Translations under genes and position numbers: made by a program
NCBI RefSeq assembly: GCF_009834535.1
Contig: NC_045696.1
Coordinates: forward strand, 20,462,001 to 20,526,000
Source of the DNA: Camelus ferus
Lineage: Eukaryota
Length of the DNA: 64,000 bases
Reading direction: 5' to 3'
The notes under the pieces: model-generated
Seen by the model: the letters and a program-made list of their open reading frames with translations, nothing else
Databases searched by the model: none
Told to the model about the DNA's origin: nothing
In this document: positions 11,148-24,110 of the stretch, piece by piece
Layout: each line of letters begins with the position of its first letter
Position numbering within the stretch: position 1 is the first letter of the stretch

Positions 11148-12289
11148 TACTTGGTAATAAACACATTCAAGTGTACCCAGCTCACAGTGTGCTGTATGTT
11201 CTAAATTCTCTTGAAGGTAGCTGGGTTATATTATTAAATTCTATTAATATGATTTAAGTGAAACATTGCATTACAATTCCATGAAGCATTGCCTAAACAG
11301 AGGGGGCAATATTTCCCATACATCTCATGCATATGACCTTGAATGCAAACATAGAGGTAGAGGTCCAGCAGGCATGTTAGATGATGCAGTGGTGATTTGG
11401 AATGGAAGCACTGTGCTGAGGAATGAAACTAAGGCTGGCTGACACCTACGGAGTGCTTTCCATCCCAGCCATGAAATGCCTACCAGTTCAAACATTATGT
11501 ATACCAGAGAAAAAAATCTTCTGTTTTTTTTAATGCACTTTAAAAAATCAGCTTTTATGCTGTGATTTTTTAAATAAATTCTGATACTGTATACAAGTTA
11601 GTCTGTTAATTAACCAATATCATTGTCTCCATTTGATTTTATCCTGCTCTCATTCTCATCATACGTCACTTTGGGCACAACCCTGGCTCAGGTGCCTCTT
11701 AAAGTAGCCACTCAACATGCCCCATATTCTTCTATACCTTTTTTTTACATTGTTAGTTCGACGTGTCTAACATTTTTTTTATATACTCAATTCCTCTCTA
11801 ATTGCCTGAATCAGTAGATAATGCTACCTTTTTTCACCTATTTTGTGTACATTAGTTATGTCTATGGAATTGAAATGTAAAAATTAGGGGTGTAAAATTT
11901 TATCTTAAACTTTCCTTGTACTCCATGATAATGGTAATAAATTTGTTAGTGCTGAATACCAGTTACTATTTAAATTACTAGGAAAAAAATAATAATTACA
12001 TATGTGTTCTTTAGATATTCAAAGTATATCTACCACTTTCAAATTGCCACATTATGTGCCATATATAATATGTATAATATTTAACTATATATAATATATA
12101 TTTTATAATACAATTTATATATACAATATATAACATTTGAATGTCTGTATCTGTTTCAATACACTGAGTAACAAAGTTGCAAAAATTGACGATGAATAAT
12201 TTATGTTCCATTCCTAACTGAATATTCTTCAATGGAATTAATAATGCCATTTGCTACTTTAAATGCATATATTGTGTTTATGTGTACAC

Positions 12290-12326
12290 ATATATGTATG
12301 TGTGTATGTGTATATGCACAGGAGAT

Positions 12327-12359
<33 letters not shown>

Positions 12360-12372
12360 CACATACACACAC
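12290..12372. repeat. Compound (TG)/(CA)/(TA) microsatellite
   Basis: Directly visible. Confidence 0.9.
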
Positions 12373-13874
12373 TCTTGTCTTATTTTTCTGTAATTTTAAG
12401 TATGTATGTCACAAAATTTTAGTGAGAATATTTTTCAAGTCTGTTAATATTAGAGTCTACAAACCACATAACTTTTAACTACTTGTGTCAAGATCAATCA
12501 GGTATGATGACATAAAATATGCATTGCTCAGATCTATTTAGCAACTAAAATAATTAACACATCCAACCTGTATCTTCATTCTTTTTCCTACATTTTTATT
12601 TTTTTGTTCTCTTTTTGTTAGGTCACAGCATGGTACTTCCTGTCTTTATGTTCAAATGGGAGATTCTTGCTAAGGAATGATGTCATAACATATGCACAGG
12701 CTTGATAGAAAGTTATGATTTTGGAGTTATAAAAGCATGAAAGCATTTTTCATCAGTTTAGATTTTACTTCTCTCATCCGATTTTATTTCAGAACAGATA
12801 GCTAGTAAAGTGGGAGAAGCAGTGACTCAGATAAACCTAATTCAAAATTACTCTGTACATTTTTTTTCTTAGTGAAATCCAGGCCTTAATTATATTTATC
12901 ATATACACCCAGCTATGTAATTTTGTCTTTCATAGTCGTTCTGTGTCCTTAACAGAATTTCAACTCAAGTACCTTTTTATAAGAAAATCACTTGTTTATT
13001 GGCATGCTTGCTCAGAAAACTAAGATATATATTTTTTTCTTCATATTGTCTAGCAAGTTACATTATCTGTTCCTCATAAATGCTTGCCATATGTAAGAAA
13101 CATGGCAGAGTTTTATAATTATGTCAAGTATGGGCAATGCAAGTTTTCTTAGAAGGACAATTTTGTCCTGAGGTACCTAAAATATTACACACAGATTCTT
13201 ATGTAATTCTTTCTTATCAAGAAATAATAATACTATTTATAAGTGCCAAGTATTTGTTATATTAAATTATTTATTCACTTTAATCTTCTTCCTAAAGAAA
13301 TAAACACATGATAGATATCTATAAGTATTTTGCTGTAGTAAATTATGATCTTATAGTTTTAGACAATTTTCTTTTAAATGTTATCCCAGTTGGGCTGAAA
13401 AATGGATATTTTCTACCTTGCTTAAAGCAATTGTTTTTCACAATATAACTGTTTAAGGCCACAATAATATCCCCCATCAAAAGAATTATGTCCCACTCTA
13501 TGCATAAATGTCTGCATTGCTGATATAATGTTGTTTTTCAATAAACGGATCTATATATGGAGATCTCACTTCTCTCCTAAATAATTTAGTTGCTATTTCA
13601 CATCACAGAAATGGATATTATGGAGCTAGGAGGAAAAATAAAGAAACAACGGCCATGAGGCGGTAGTACAAGTCTTCATTCTTTAAGAAGCTTGTACATT
13701 TTTTTGTTGTTGCTATAAAAAAATGGAACAAGTAATTTTTTTAAAAAATTAAAAAAAATGGTTGTCATATAAAAGCACCCTTCAAAGTCAGGTTTTACTT
13801 AACCACGTGTTTTTTTTTTTCATGTTGGAGAACTCAAGAATTTTAAGGCAGTATATGGAATTATGTGTATGTAT

Positions 13875-14002
13875 ATTTGGTTGAATCTGTGTCTGTGGAT
13901 GTGGAACCATGAATACAGAGGGCTGACTGGAAGGTTACATGCAGATTGTCAACTGCAGGGGGATCACTGCCCCCAGACCCCATGCTGTTCAAGGGTCAAC
14001 TA
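13875..14002 (+). mobile_element. Tigger2/MER8-like DNA transposon terminal fragment
   Basis: GGATGTGGAACCATGAATACAGAGGGCTGACTG and TIR-like TGTTCAAGGGTCAACT. Confidence 0.7.
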
Positions 14003-14479
14003 TATATAGATATAGAGGTATATGTATATCTGTACAGACACTCAGCATGAAGCATTTTTCGTCAGTGCAAGTGCTGGCTGGCTGACTTGCACAGGTTGTG
14101 ATTAGGAAATATGTAAGACCTCCATGCTGTTTTCTTTACCTTGGGTGCAAAGAAGAAAATAGTAGACAATTGCTTCTGGGCTATAATAAATTGGTAATTA
14201 AGTTTGGGAAAGAGAGAATGCATCAGGAAGGAACTACTTTGGGTTCTTCCTCTGCCACTGCAATTGTGCCTGCACCTTCGCTGCCCCACATTCCAGGTGG
14301 AGGATGCTTCTCATCCTGCCCAAGTAGAGTAATCCCTCTGGATTCTACTCACTTTCGATTTTTCCTTCTTTGTAGATTTGTTTTCTTCCTGATTCCACAA
14401 ATCTGTCCTTCACACTGACTCCTTTCTCTCAGCAGTTTTGTTTCTCTGATATTAAAACTGATGATCCACAAACAGGTGA

Positions 14480-14730
14480 CCAAACTAACTTTCTTTTAGC
14501 TATTTTCAACCTCCATCTTTTCCTGTATACTGATCCACATGCCCCTCAGATTCAAAACTATGTTTATCAAAATTTTCTAAAAGCAATCTCTCCTCTTAGT
14601 TTTCATATACTGATTAATTCTAGTAACATTTATCTAATCACACAAGCCAGAGAGCTAAAAATTTTCCTACTTGTTCTCATGAATCATTTTTCATGGCCAA
14701 ACCCCATGGTTCTTTGTTTTTAATGTAAAC
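14480..14730 (+). mobile_element. L2 remnant
   Basis: Pyrimidine-rich L2-like motifs (CTCAGATTCAAAAC, CACACAAGCCAGAGAGCT). Confidence 0.45.
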
Positions 14731-15222
14731 TAATCTCACAAATATCTGGTGTGGTTTCTTTTTTTCACTACACTTAAAGTTTATTGTCTTTGAATTGCTT
14801 ACTTTCCTACATGAAATTTGAAACTATAGAGAAAGACTGAAATATATCCTCTGAGAATACAAAAGATAACTGATGGGGTTGGGCGTAGGGAAGAGAAGAA
14901 TTTGAATTTAACATGAATGTTCGTCCAGCTTGAAGCTGAAAGTCAGAAATGTGTAACAGTGTAAGTTTTCCCCCCAGAATATCTTAGGAGCTTCATTTTC
15001 CAGAAAAGAATTTGCCAAATGAGATGCATTCAGTTCTGCTATAATGAGATATATGGAATATGAATTCTTAAAAATCAGTCCACTATGCAAAAACCACACA
15101 ATAAAAAACACAGGGCTTATGGATAAAATGAAGTTAACACTAAAACTGACAGTGACATATTAAAAAAAAAAAAAAGGTCACCTAAAAAGACAGTAGCACA
15201 GGCCTACATGCATCATATGGTA

Positions 15223-15275
15223 AAATAAAATAAAATAAAATAAAACAAAATAAAACAAAACAAACAAATAATCAA
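15223..15275. repeat. (AAAAT/AAAAC)n pentanucleotide repeat
   Basis: Directly visible. Confidence 0.9.
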
Positions 15276-15565
15276 ATAAAAAAATGCTACAATAAATATG
15301 CCCCTTTATGCTGGAAAAGACCTGAAGAGGTCTTTTGCTTGTGGAAGTGGGTATTGAAATGGTTACAGCTTATGATTTACTGTGAAATCACAGACAGAGG
15401 GTTGTATGAAATTGAATGAAGCGATGTCACACGTGGAGGGGTGTGCATTGTAACACACGTGCTGAACTGAGGTAGTAGGTAGATGTTTGAGGTATGTGTG
15501 TAGATGTGTTTTCTATATTCCTACATGTCTTAGTCCAGCTGGGTGAAGCTTTCTGTTCACCTAAT

Positions 15566-15576
15566 GTTTTGTTTTG

Positions 15577-15606
<30 letters not shown>
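15566..15606. repeat. (GTTTT)n pentanucleotide repeat
   Basis: Directly visible. Confidence 0.95.
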
Positions 15607-15607
<1 letters not shown>

Positions 15608-15949
15608 CCAGACAAAATTGTGCATATCTATTTTAGATAGAGAGGAGAATGAAACAAAATTGATAACATTTTTAACAGCCTCAGATGTTAAAAGAAACAA
15701 GGAATAAATATTGGTAAAGCAAGAGATGTGATCCTCAGAAGATGGTAGTTTTTTTGTTTTGTTTTGTTTTTTTCTTTAAACTGAATGAAAGAAAATCGAA
15801 GATAACAGTAATGCTATCTCCCATGCTGCATATGGGTTATTTTACAATTTGCATTTGAGCAAGCTGAAATGCGAGCTGTGAGCTCAAGAAAAAGCTATGT
15901 TATGCTTCAGATAAGAAGATGCAAACGTTTGATTAAAATTAAAAGGATC

Positions 15950-18900
15950 TGGAATCTGGATTCTGATTCTTCCATGTAAGAAGCTTGGTACTTGCCACCC
16001 TGTTCTAACAACAAGTAAAGAGACAGAATAGACTGAAAAATAGGCTCAGTAGACTGAAAAATCTACATCTCTTCTTGGATATTTAAGAGGGGAGGACAGA
16101 GGGCAAATCACTACCCTCAAAATTAGAGAGACAAGTAGGAGTAGATATGGTTTACCAGAGCAGGGACTCATGAGCAGAACCTGATGTGGAAAGCAGTGCT
16201 GGCACAGAAAACCTGAACTGTAATTGATGACTTGCTAGACGTTCAGTTTGGACAACTCTGAGAGTTAAAAACTCCAGGGCGATCTAGCCTTGGGGGTCAG
16301 GGGATGAGGGGCACAATATTGTGTGATTTATCTCCAGAAAATTGACCATGCTCCCACAGTAAGTATCAAAGAAAAATCCCTTCGGGCTTCTAACAGGGGG
16401 GAGGGGAAAGGCGATTATTTTGAAGGACACACAAGCACTCTGTTCTTCGCCTTCGCCTTCGCCTTCGCCTTCTCCTTCTCCTTCTCCTTCTCCTTCTTCT
16501 TCTTTTTTTCTTAATTGAAGTACAGTCTAAAAACAAAGTTTCTTTTTTTCTTCCTAACCAGGCCTGTCCTCAGGGGAAACTAGTTGGCCATAGCCTAACA
16601 TTTGGAGTTTTATCAGAGTCTGACTGACCTTGGGAGGGAAAATACCCAACCCCTGCCCACCTTAGCAATTCACTCCCACATAAGTGGGGAGGAAAAAGTC
16701 CTGAGAAACTTGCAGAGATAACAGTTCAGAGACACAGGCAATTCAGAAGACTGAGCCCTGATCACAGGGACAGGGAGCACCTCCTCTACCAACACCCCTC
16801 ACCACCACACCACTAAATGCCTATTTACAGCAGTTCCTTTTACCCAGTACGCTATGTCCTGCTTTCAAAGAAAAAAAATTAGGAAGTATGCCAAAAGGCA
16901 AAAACCACAATTTAAAACAACTGTGATTAATATGCCAAGAACTTTAATGAATAAATGAATCAGCATGCAAGAATAGATGGAAAATGTAGGCAGAGAGACA
17001 GAAGTCCCAAGAATGTAAAGGAATTACTAAAGATAAAACAACAAAACAAAATACTGCAACAGACATGAAGAATTCCTCTGAAGGACTTACTAGTAGATTG
17101 AACTTAGCTGAGGGAAGAACCTATCAGCTGGAAGATATATCAACAGACTCCTCAAAAACTGAAGAAAGAGAAAAGAGAACACAGATCAACAAAACAAAAC
17201 AAAACCAGAACAGAATATCCAAGGATTGTGGAAAGATGCCATAAGGTGTAACACACATAATGGGAACACAAGGAGAATAAAGAGAAAGGAACAGAAGAAA
17301 TATTTGAAGAAATAATTACTGAGAAATTCCTTAAATTCATGTCAGACACCAAAACATAGGTCCAGGACCCCTAGGGAACAGCACACTGGCTAAATGCCAA
17401 AAAAAAAAACACCTAAATGTATAATTTTCAAACTTCAAAAAATCAAAGATTAAAAAAAAAATCTTGTAAGAAGCCAGAGGGGGTTAAAAAATCTTAATTA
17501 TAGAGGAACAAATATAAGAATTATATCTGACTACTTAGAAACCATACAAGCAAGAAGAGAGTGGAATTAAATAGTTAAGGGATTGAGAGGAAGAAGGAAA
17601 AAACACCAAATTAGAATTCTTTGTTTGTGAAATTATCCTTCAAGGGTAAGGAGAAATAGACTTTTTCAAACAAAATTGAGGGAATTTGTTGCCAGTAGAC
17701 CTAGCTGACAGAACTATTAGAAGTTTTTTAGTGAGAAAGAAAATAATATAGGTTAAAAACTGACATATACGTAAAGAAAAAGAGAACATTAAAGAAGGAA
17801 TAAGTGAAGATAAAATAAAAATCTTCTTTTTCTTAGTTAATCTCACATAAAAATTGGTTAAAATACTAGCAACAATGTATTTGATTATATATGCTTATGT
17901 ATATATCATATATACTTATGCTTATATATAAATGAAATGAATAATAGCAATAATAAAAAGGAAGTGAGGAAGGAACTAGGATTATTTTGTATTATAAGGT
18001 ATTTACAGTACTCGTGAAGTGGTACAGTGTTATTTGACAGAGGACTTAGATTAGTTGTAAATGTATATCGTGAACCCTAAAGTAACCACTAAAGTTAAAA
18101 AATATATTAACTAATATGCTGAAAAGGAAAGAAATGGAATTGTATAAAATGCTCAACTAGAACAACAGAATACATAACAAAGGTGGAAGACAAAAATAGG
18201 AACAAGGGCAAATAGAAAACAGTAACTATTACTATATCACTAATCACTTTGAATGTCAATGGTCTAAATGCATCAATTAAAAGACAGAGATTGTCAGAAT
18301 GAACCAAAACACCAAGACCCAACTACAGTTGTCTATAGAAAACTCACTTTAAATATAAAGACATGCATAGGTTAAAAGTAAACAGATGGAGAAAAATACA
18401 CTATGCAAATACTAATCATGAGAAAGCAGGGGTAGCTATATTAATTTCAAACAAAACTGATTTCAATTTGAGGAGAGTTATCAGGAATGAAGAATGACAA
18501 AAGGGTCAACTCTCTAAGAAGATATAACAGTACTTAATGTGTATGCACCTAAGCACAGAGTGTCAAACTACATGAGGCAAAAGTGATAGAAATGCAAGGA
18601 GAAATAGATGAATCCACTACCATAGTTAGTTGGAGTCTTCAATATCTCACTCTCAGAAATGGTCAGATCCAGCAGGTAGAAAATCAGTGACAATGGGGTT
18701 GAATTCAACAATACCATCGCTTAACAAGATATATTAACATCTATACGCTATTTCATCCAACAACAAAGTATATATTCTTCTCAAGTTCCTATGGAACATT
18801 CACATATATAGACCACTTTCTGGGCCATAAAACTCACCTTAACAAATTTAAAATAATACAAATTATATAATATCTGTTTTCAGACCACAATGAAACTAAA

Positions 18901-20537
18901 TTAGAAATCCAGCAGAAAGGTAACTGGAAAAATCTCAAAATATGTGCAGGTTAAACAATATACTTCTAACTAACACATGGGTCAAAGAAGAAATTACAAG
19001 AAATTTTGAACTAAATGAAAATGAAGACACAACTTACAAAAAATTATTTGTGGGATATAGAGAAAGCAGTGTTTACAGGGAAATTCATAGTACTGAATGC
19101 TAATAGTATAAAAGAAGAAGGATCTAAAGCCAATAATCTTTGTTTCCACCTTAGGAAATTAGAAAGAGACCAACAAATTAAATCCAAAATAAGCAGAAGT
19201 AAAGAAATAAGAATTAGAGCAGAAATCAATGAAGTTGAAACTGGAAATCAATATGGAAAATCAATGAAACCAAAAGTTGTTTCTCTGAAAAGATTAATCA
19301 TATTGACATGCCCCTTCTAAAGATAATGAAGAATAAAAGATGATTCAAATTACTAATATCACAAATGAAATTGGGGACATCACTAAAAATCCTGTGGACA
19401 ATAAAATAATACTATGAAGAACTCTATGTATACAAATTTGATAACCTAGGTGAAATGAACCAATTCCTTGAAATACAGTCAAAACTCCCACAAGAAGACA
19501 TAGACAATCGAATAGGCCTGTATCTATTAACTTGAATCAATAATGAATAACATTCTAAAACAGAAAGCACCAGGCCCAGATGGGTTCCCAGGGAATTCTT
19601 TCAAACATTTATGAAAGAAATTATATGAATCTCTACAATCTCTTTCAGAGTATAGAAACAGGAAATACTTTCTAATTCATTCTATGAAGTCAGCATTACT
19701 CTAATACCCAAACCAGATAAAGACATTACAGGAAAAGCAAACTGCAGACCAATATCTCTAATGAACATAGATGCAAAAATTCTCAAAATGTTAACATTTC
19801 ATATCCCCAAAAAGTGTAAGAAAAATTATACACCATGACCAAATGGGATTTACCCCAGCTATGCAAGGCTGGTTCAACACTCAAAATTCAATAACGTCAT
19901 CTATCATACCAACAGACAAAAAAAGAAAAACCACAGGATATACCAACAGATAGAGAAAAAACATTTTACAAAATCCAACACCCATTCATGATAAAAACCT
20001 CTTAGTAAACTAGGAATAGAGAGGAACTTTCTCAACTTGATAAAAACTGCCTACAAAAAACACAGCTAATACCATCGTTAATGGAGAGAAACTCAAAACT
20101 TTCCCCCTAAAGTCAGGAACAAGTCAAAGATGATCCTCTCAGCACTCTATTTCATCACCATCCTGGAAAAGGCAAAACTATAGAGACAATAAAAAGATTA
20201 GTTATTGCCAGGGGTTGGGGGGAATGAATGAATAGGCTGAGCACAGAGGACTTTTAGGGCAGCGAAAATACTCTGATGTTATAAGGATGGATATATGTCA
20301 TTATACACTTGTCCAAACTCATAGAACACCAAGAGTGAACGCCAAGGTAAACCACCGACTTCAAGTGATTTTGATGAATTGATTCATTCTTAGTTTAAAA
20401 AAAAAAAAAAGCACCACCCTGGGGAGTGATTTGATAATGAGGGAGGCTTTGCATGTGTTGGATCAGGCTGTATGGGGAAATCCGTACTGTCCTCAGTTTT
20501 GTTGTCAACCTAAAATACTCTAAAAAATTTTTTTAAG
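15950..20537 (+). mobile_element. Old LINE-1 (L1MC/L1MD-type): 5' UTR, ORF1 remnant, ORF2 endonuclease to mid-RT, internal deletion, 3' UTR
   Basis: ORF2 EN start ITLNVNGLNASIKRQRLSE at ~18245. ORF 19015-19320 resembles ORF2 (LWDIEKAVFTGKFIVLNA...KIRAEINE-like). PGPDG motif at ~19570. Decayed GTRQGCPLS motif at ~20116. 3' UTR from AAGGCAAAACTATAGAG (~20169) to AACCTAAAATACTCTAAAAAA. Many stops and frameshifts. Confidence 0.93.
16444..16530 (-). repeat. (TTCGCC)n(TTCTCC)n microsatellite plus ~20 bp antisense young-L1 3' terminus
   Basis: TTAATTGAAGTACAGTC is the reverse complement of the terminus GACTATACTTCAATAAAAA seen at ~24078-24096. It interrupts the host L1 5' UTR. Confidence 0.65.
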
Positions 20538-22378
20538 AAAATGTAAAAGAATGCAGGACTGACTTTTAGAGGGAAGATAAGATTGGTTTATGGAAGGAAA
20601 ACCACAAAGCAGTCATGAAAATGAGAATATAGGAAGAGTATAGGTAAGCAGGCTTATTTTTTGAGTGATGACCTGTTTTGACAGAAATACACAGCATGAC
20701 AGATGGGTCTGCTACCAGGGAGTCTGACAGAATTAATCCCAGCTATCTTCTTCTGCAAGGGGCATGGGGACCGTTACCTGCATTTTATAGTAATCTGCTT
20801 CTGAGAGAATGTTTATATATCTGCATTAATTCTCAGTGGTACTAGTTCTCATTTTGTTTCAGAAATTAGAAGTAAAGTAAGTATGTGGTTGTATTTGAGT
20901 GCACTTGTGAATATGTGTTTAAGGAAGCCCTGGACTAGGTTCTTGTGAAAAATCAACCTATCCCATTAACCACACTACCCAAACATAGTCACCATTTAAT
21001 TAATGAGGAATTGGAAACTAGAAACAGAACTCCAGAATAAAGACTCATTTTACACTTTTGTGTGGTCACTGTTTTTGCTTTTTCTCAATTTGTTCTTTTT
21101 TAGCTTCATAAGAATGAGGGTAACATGTCCAACATTTGATGGGGTCCTAATATTGGTTCTGTATCCTGGCGATTACTTGAATTTCTGATAATCAGTTAAG
21201 TCAGCAATTCCTTGAATCCCTGATAGATATTTAACTCCTGAGGGTAGTGGGTCATATTAATTATTTTTATTATTCTAAAACCAAAAATGGTAACATAGCT
21301 AATGGAAGTTCTTAGAAAGTATTTACTGAATTAACAAGCCTAGAAATATGATACTGGAACTCATCAATGATGTATTTTAGCCACGTATCAGATAACATTT
21401 TTAAGGGCATACTGTTGAAAAGCATGATTTGCCATCTCTGTCCAAGATCGGAAAGGCCAGAACCACCGCCTTGCATTACAGAAAGTACTAGAACAGAATT
21501 AATCCAAGAAGACCTGCTACATGACATCTCCCACACTTGGAAGTATATTTCAGTTAGGAACTCCTTGAGCATGGATAAATTTGTAGCCACCTTATTTAAT
21601 GGGGTAAAAGAACTTAAAAAACATAGGAGGCCATTGCACATGAATGTAATGAGAAACTATATACATACAATGGGCTACTATTCAAAGAAGGAAATGTGTT
21701 AAGACAATAAATGCCACTGGAAGGTCAGTTCATCACCCATCCCTTCTCATTCAACAGCCTAAGAGGAAAGAAAAAGAAAGGTGTTCAAATTCAGAACACT
21801 TTCAAGAAAGAGAGAGAAACACTTACAGCCCTGATCCTTGACATTTATGGTTAAAAACATAGCTAAGTGCTCTTTCTGGGCACTGATTTCCCATCCCCTC
21901 TCCAAACACTTCAGTTATATTTACCTTTCCACAAGATTAGAGTCTGGTCAGTACACTCTGGAGAATAAACTGAGAAATGCTTAACAAAGTCTTGACTCAC
22001 ACAAATGGTATTACATAAAGGCTGCAATACACATAGTTCATTGGCTTCTCTAAAAACTCAAACCTCTCTTTGCTATTACTGTCACAGTTAAAATCTATCT
22101 TGAAAAAGACTTTTATAATAAAAGCTTTCATAAACCCTGAAATATAATAAGAAAGTAACATATGCAACAGTAAAAACTTTTGCTTTTCTAAAATACTGTG
22201 TAATTACTTTTATTTTATATAAAAGAGCCAAGAACTGAGTGATAGTGTTTGGTTTGATTTGGTTTGGGAGAGACAAATCAACTGAAAGGAACCTAGTCAA
22301 GATTAGCAATTCCGTTGGAGAATTGGGGATGTATGTAAACAAAAGGAATTGGGGATTATTTAAATTTCTTTGTTCAAG

Positions 22379-22547
22379 GGGGAGGGTATAGCTCAAAGTG
22401 GTAGAGCACATGCTTAGCATGCATGAGGTCCTTGGGTTCAATCCCCAGTACCTCTACTAAAAATAAATAAATCTAATTACCTCCCCCTGCCAAAAATAAT
22501 TAAAGAATGCAATCATAAATAAATAAAAATAAATGAATTATTTTAAA
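22379..22547 (+). mobile_element. tRNA-derived camelid SINE (Vic-1-like)
   Basis: GGGGAGGGTATAGCTCAAAGTGGTAGAGCACATGCTTAGCATGCATGAGGTCCTTGGGTTCAATCCCCAGTACCTC with an A-rich tail. 17-bp TSD AAATTTCTTTG(T/C)TCAAG at 22362-22378 and 22548-22564. Confidence 0.95.
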
Positions 22548-23646
22548 AAATTTCTTTGCTCAAGTCATCACTAAAATTCTTCAATAATACTCAAACAAAG
22601 TAGTTAAAACAACAATTATACTCGGTGGAATACTCACCAACCCAGAATTGATGGCCATTTGATTTTTTTAATTTAAAACCTTCTGTGCAATTTTGCAACA
22701 TAAGGTTAGTCATGGGTATTTCGACCCATACTGGAGGACAGTACTGGATTGTGAACATTATATTGTTGAACATACAACTTACATTTGAACATTTTAATCT
22801 AGTTTAGATGTTAGATTTCTGTGCATTTTAGTAAGAAATACCTTAATGGAATTATCAAAATGTCCTGCCCTTATGAGAACTTTATCAGAAGGGTATGAGT
22901 TGTGCCTTTGTTACAAAGTAGCCCCCTTTAACTGTGGCTTAAACAAGAAACAGGTTTACTGTTGCTTTGTGTGTCAGACATGTTTCAGAGCTGGGAGAGC
23001 AGCTTCCATCTCAAGGCCCAAGAAAGTTGCAACAGTCTTCAACATCTCTCAGAAACAGGAAGGGAGAAAAGGCTAGAAGAGTGTGTATGTATCACTTTTA
23101 AGAGCATGCACCAAAATGGCACATATCAGTACTATCCACATACCTCTGCCCTGGAGTTGGTTACATGGCCACAGATAACAAGCATGATTTAGGAATGGAA
23201 CATTAGGCTAAAAATCCATGTGCCCAGGAGAGAAGGAGAGAGTGACTGAGAGGTTGAGAGAGAGAAAGATAAATAAATAATTGTGGATAACTAACAGTCT
23301 CAGTCAAGAACTATTTCCAAATTGTAAGCTCAAATCCATTAACTTTTTTTCCCATATCCTTCCTTTATGCGTCTCAAGAATAGATTCTAAAGTGTCACTG
23401 AAAGATAAGAAATTCCTCACCTCCTCTGACTAAATTTGTGTACTGCACTCTAACTTTACCCTTCAACTACAACTATCATATAAATCACTAAACCTAGATC
23501 AAACCTAGTGTCTTTTTCCTCTTATATTGTGTTGTCATAGGACATTATTTAATTTCTCTTTCTCTACTATAAATTTGATTTTCTCCAAATCACAATTTAC
23601 CAAAATTATTAAAACTTTTCATGTCGTATTTCTTCAGCAATCCATC

Positions 23647-24110
23647 AGAATAATAAAATAATACCATTTGCAGCAACAAGGATGGACCTGGAGATTGTCA
23701 TTCTAAATGAAGTAAGCCAGAAAGAGAAAGAAAAGTACCACATGATATTACTTATATGTGGAATCTAAAAAAAAAAAAAAAAAAAAAAGACAAATGAACT
23801 TACTTACAAAACAGAAGCAGACTCACATAGAAAACAAAGTTATGGTTACCAGCAGGGGAAGGGAGTGGGAAAGGATAATTTGGGAGTTCGAGATTTGCAG
23901 ATACTAATATATATAAAATAGATAAACATCAAGTTCATACTGTATAGCACAGGGACCTATATTCAATACTTTGTAGTAACTTGATGGTGAAAAAGAATAT
24001 GAAAATGAATATATGTATGTTCATGTATAACTGAAGCATTGTGTTGTACACCAGAAACAGATACAACATTGTAAACTGACTATACTTCAATAAAAATATA
24101 TATATATAAC
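23647..24110 (+). mobile_element. 5'-truncated young LINE-1 (camelid-type 3' end)
   Basis: ORF2 end (CCATTTGCAGCAAC..GGATGGACCTGGAG), 3' UTR (ACTGTATAGCACAGGG) and terminus GACTATACTTCAATAAAAA with a (TA)n tail. Confidence 0.92.

Noticed and set aside
15223..15606. (AAAAC)n and (GTTTT)n as a long inverted repeat or element termini
   Set aside because: Both are common simple repeats, the left one is mostly AAAAT, and there is no TSD.
19015..19320. 101-aa ORF (also 46565-47360)
   Set aside because: Fragments of dead L1 ORF2, or their antisense frames.
21312..21702. Overlapping antisense ORFs of 109 and 111 aa in non-repeat sequence
   Set aside because: No protein similarity that I recognise and no clear splice sites. 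A BLASTX or PhyloCSF run would settle it.
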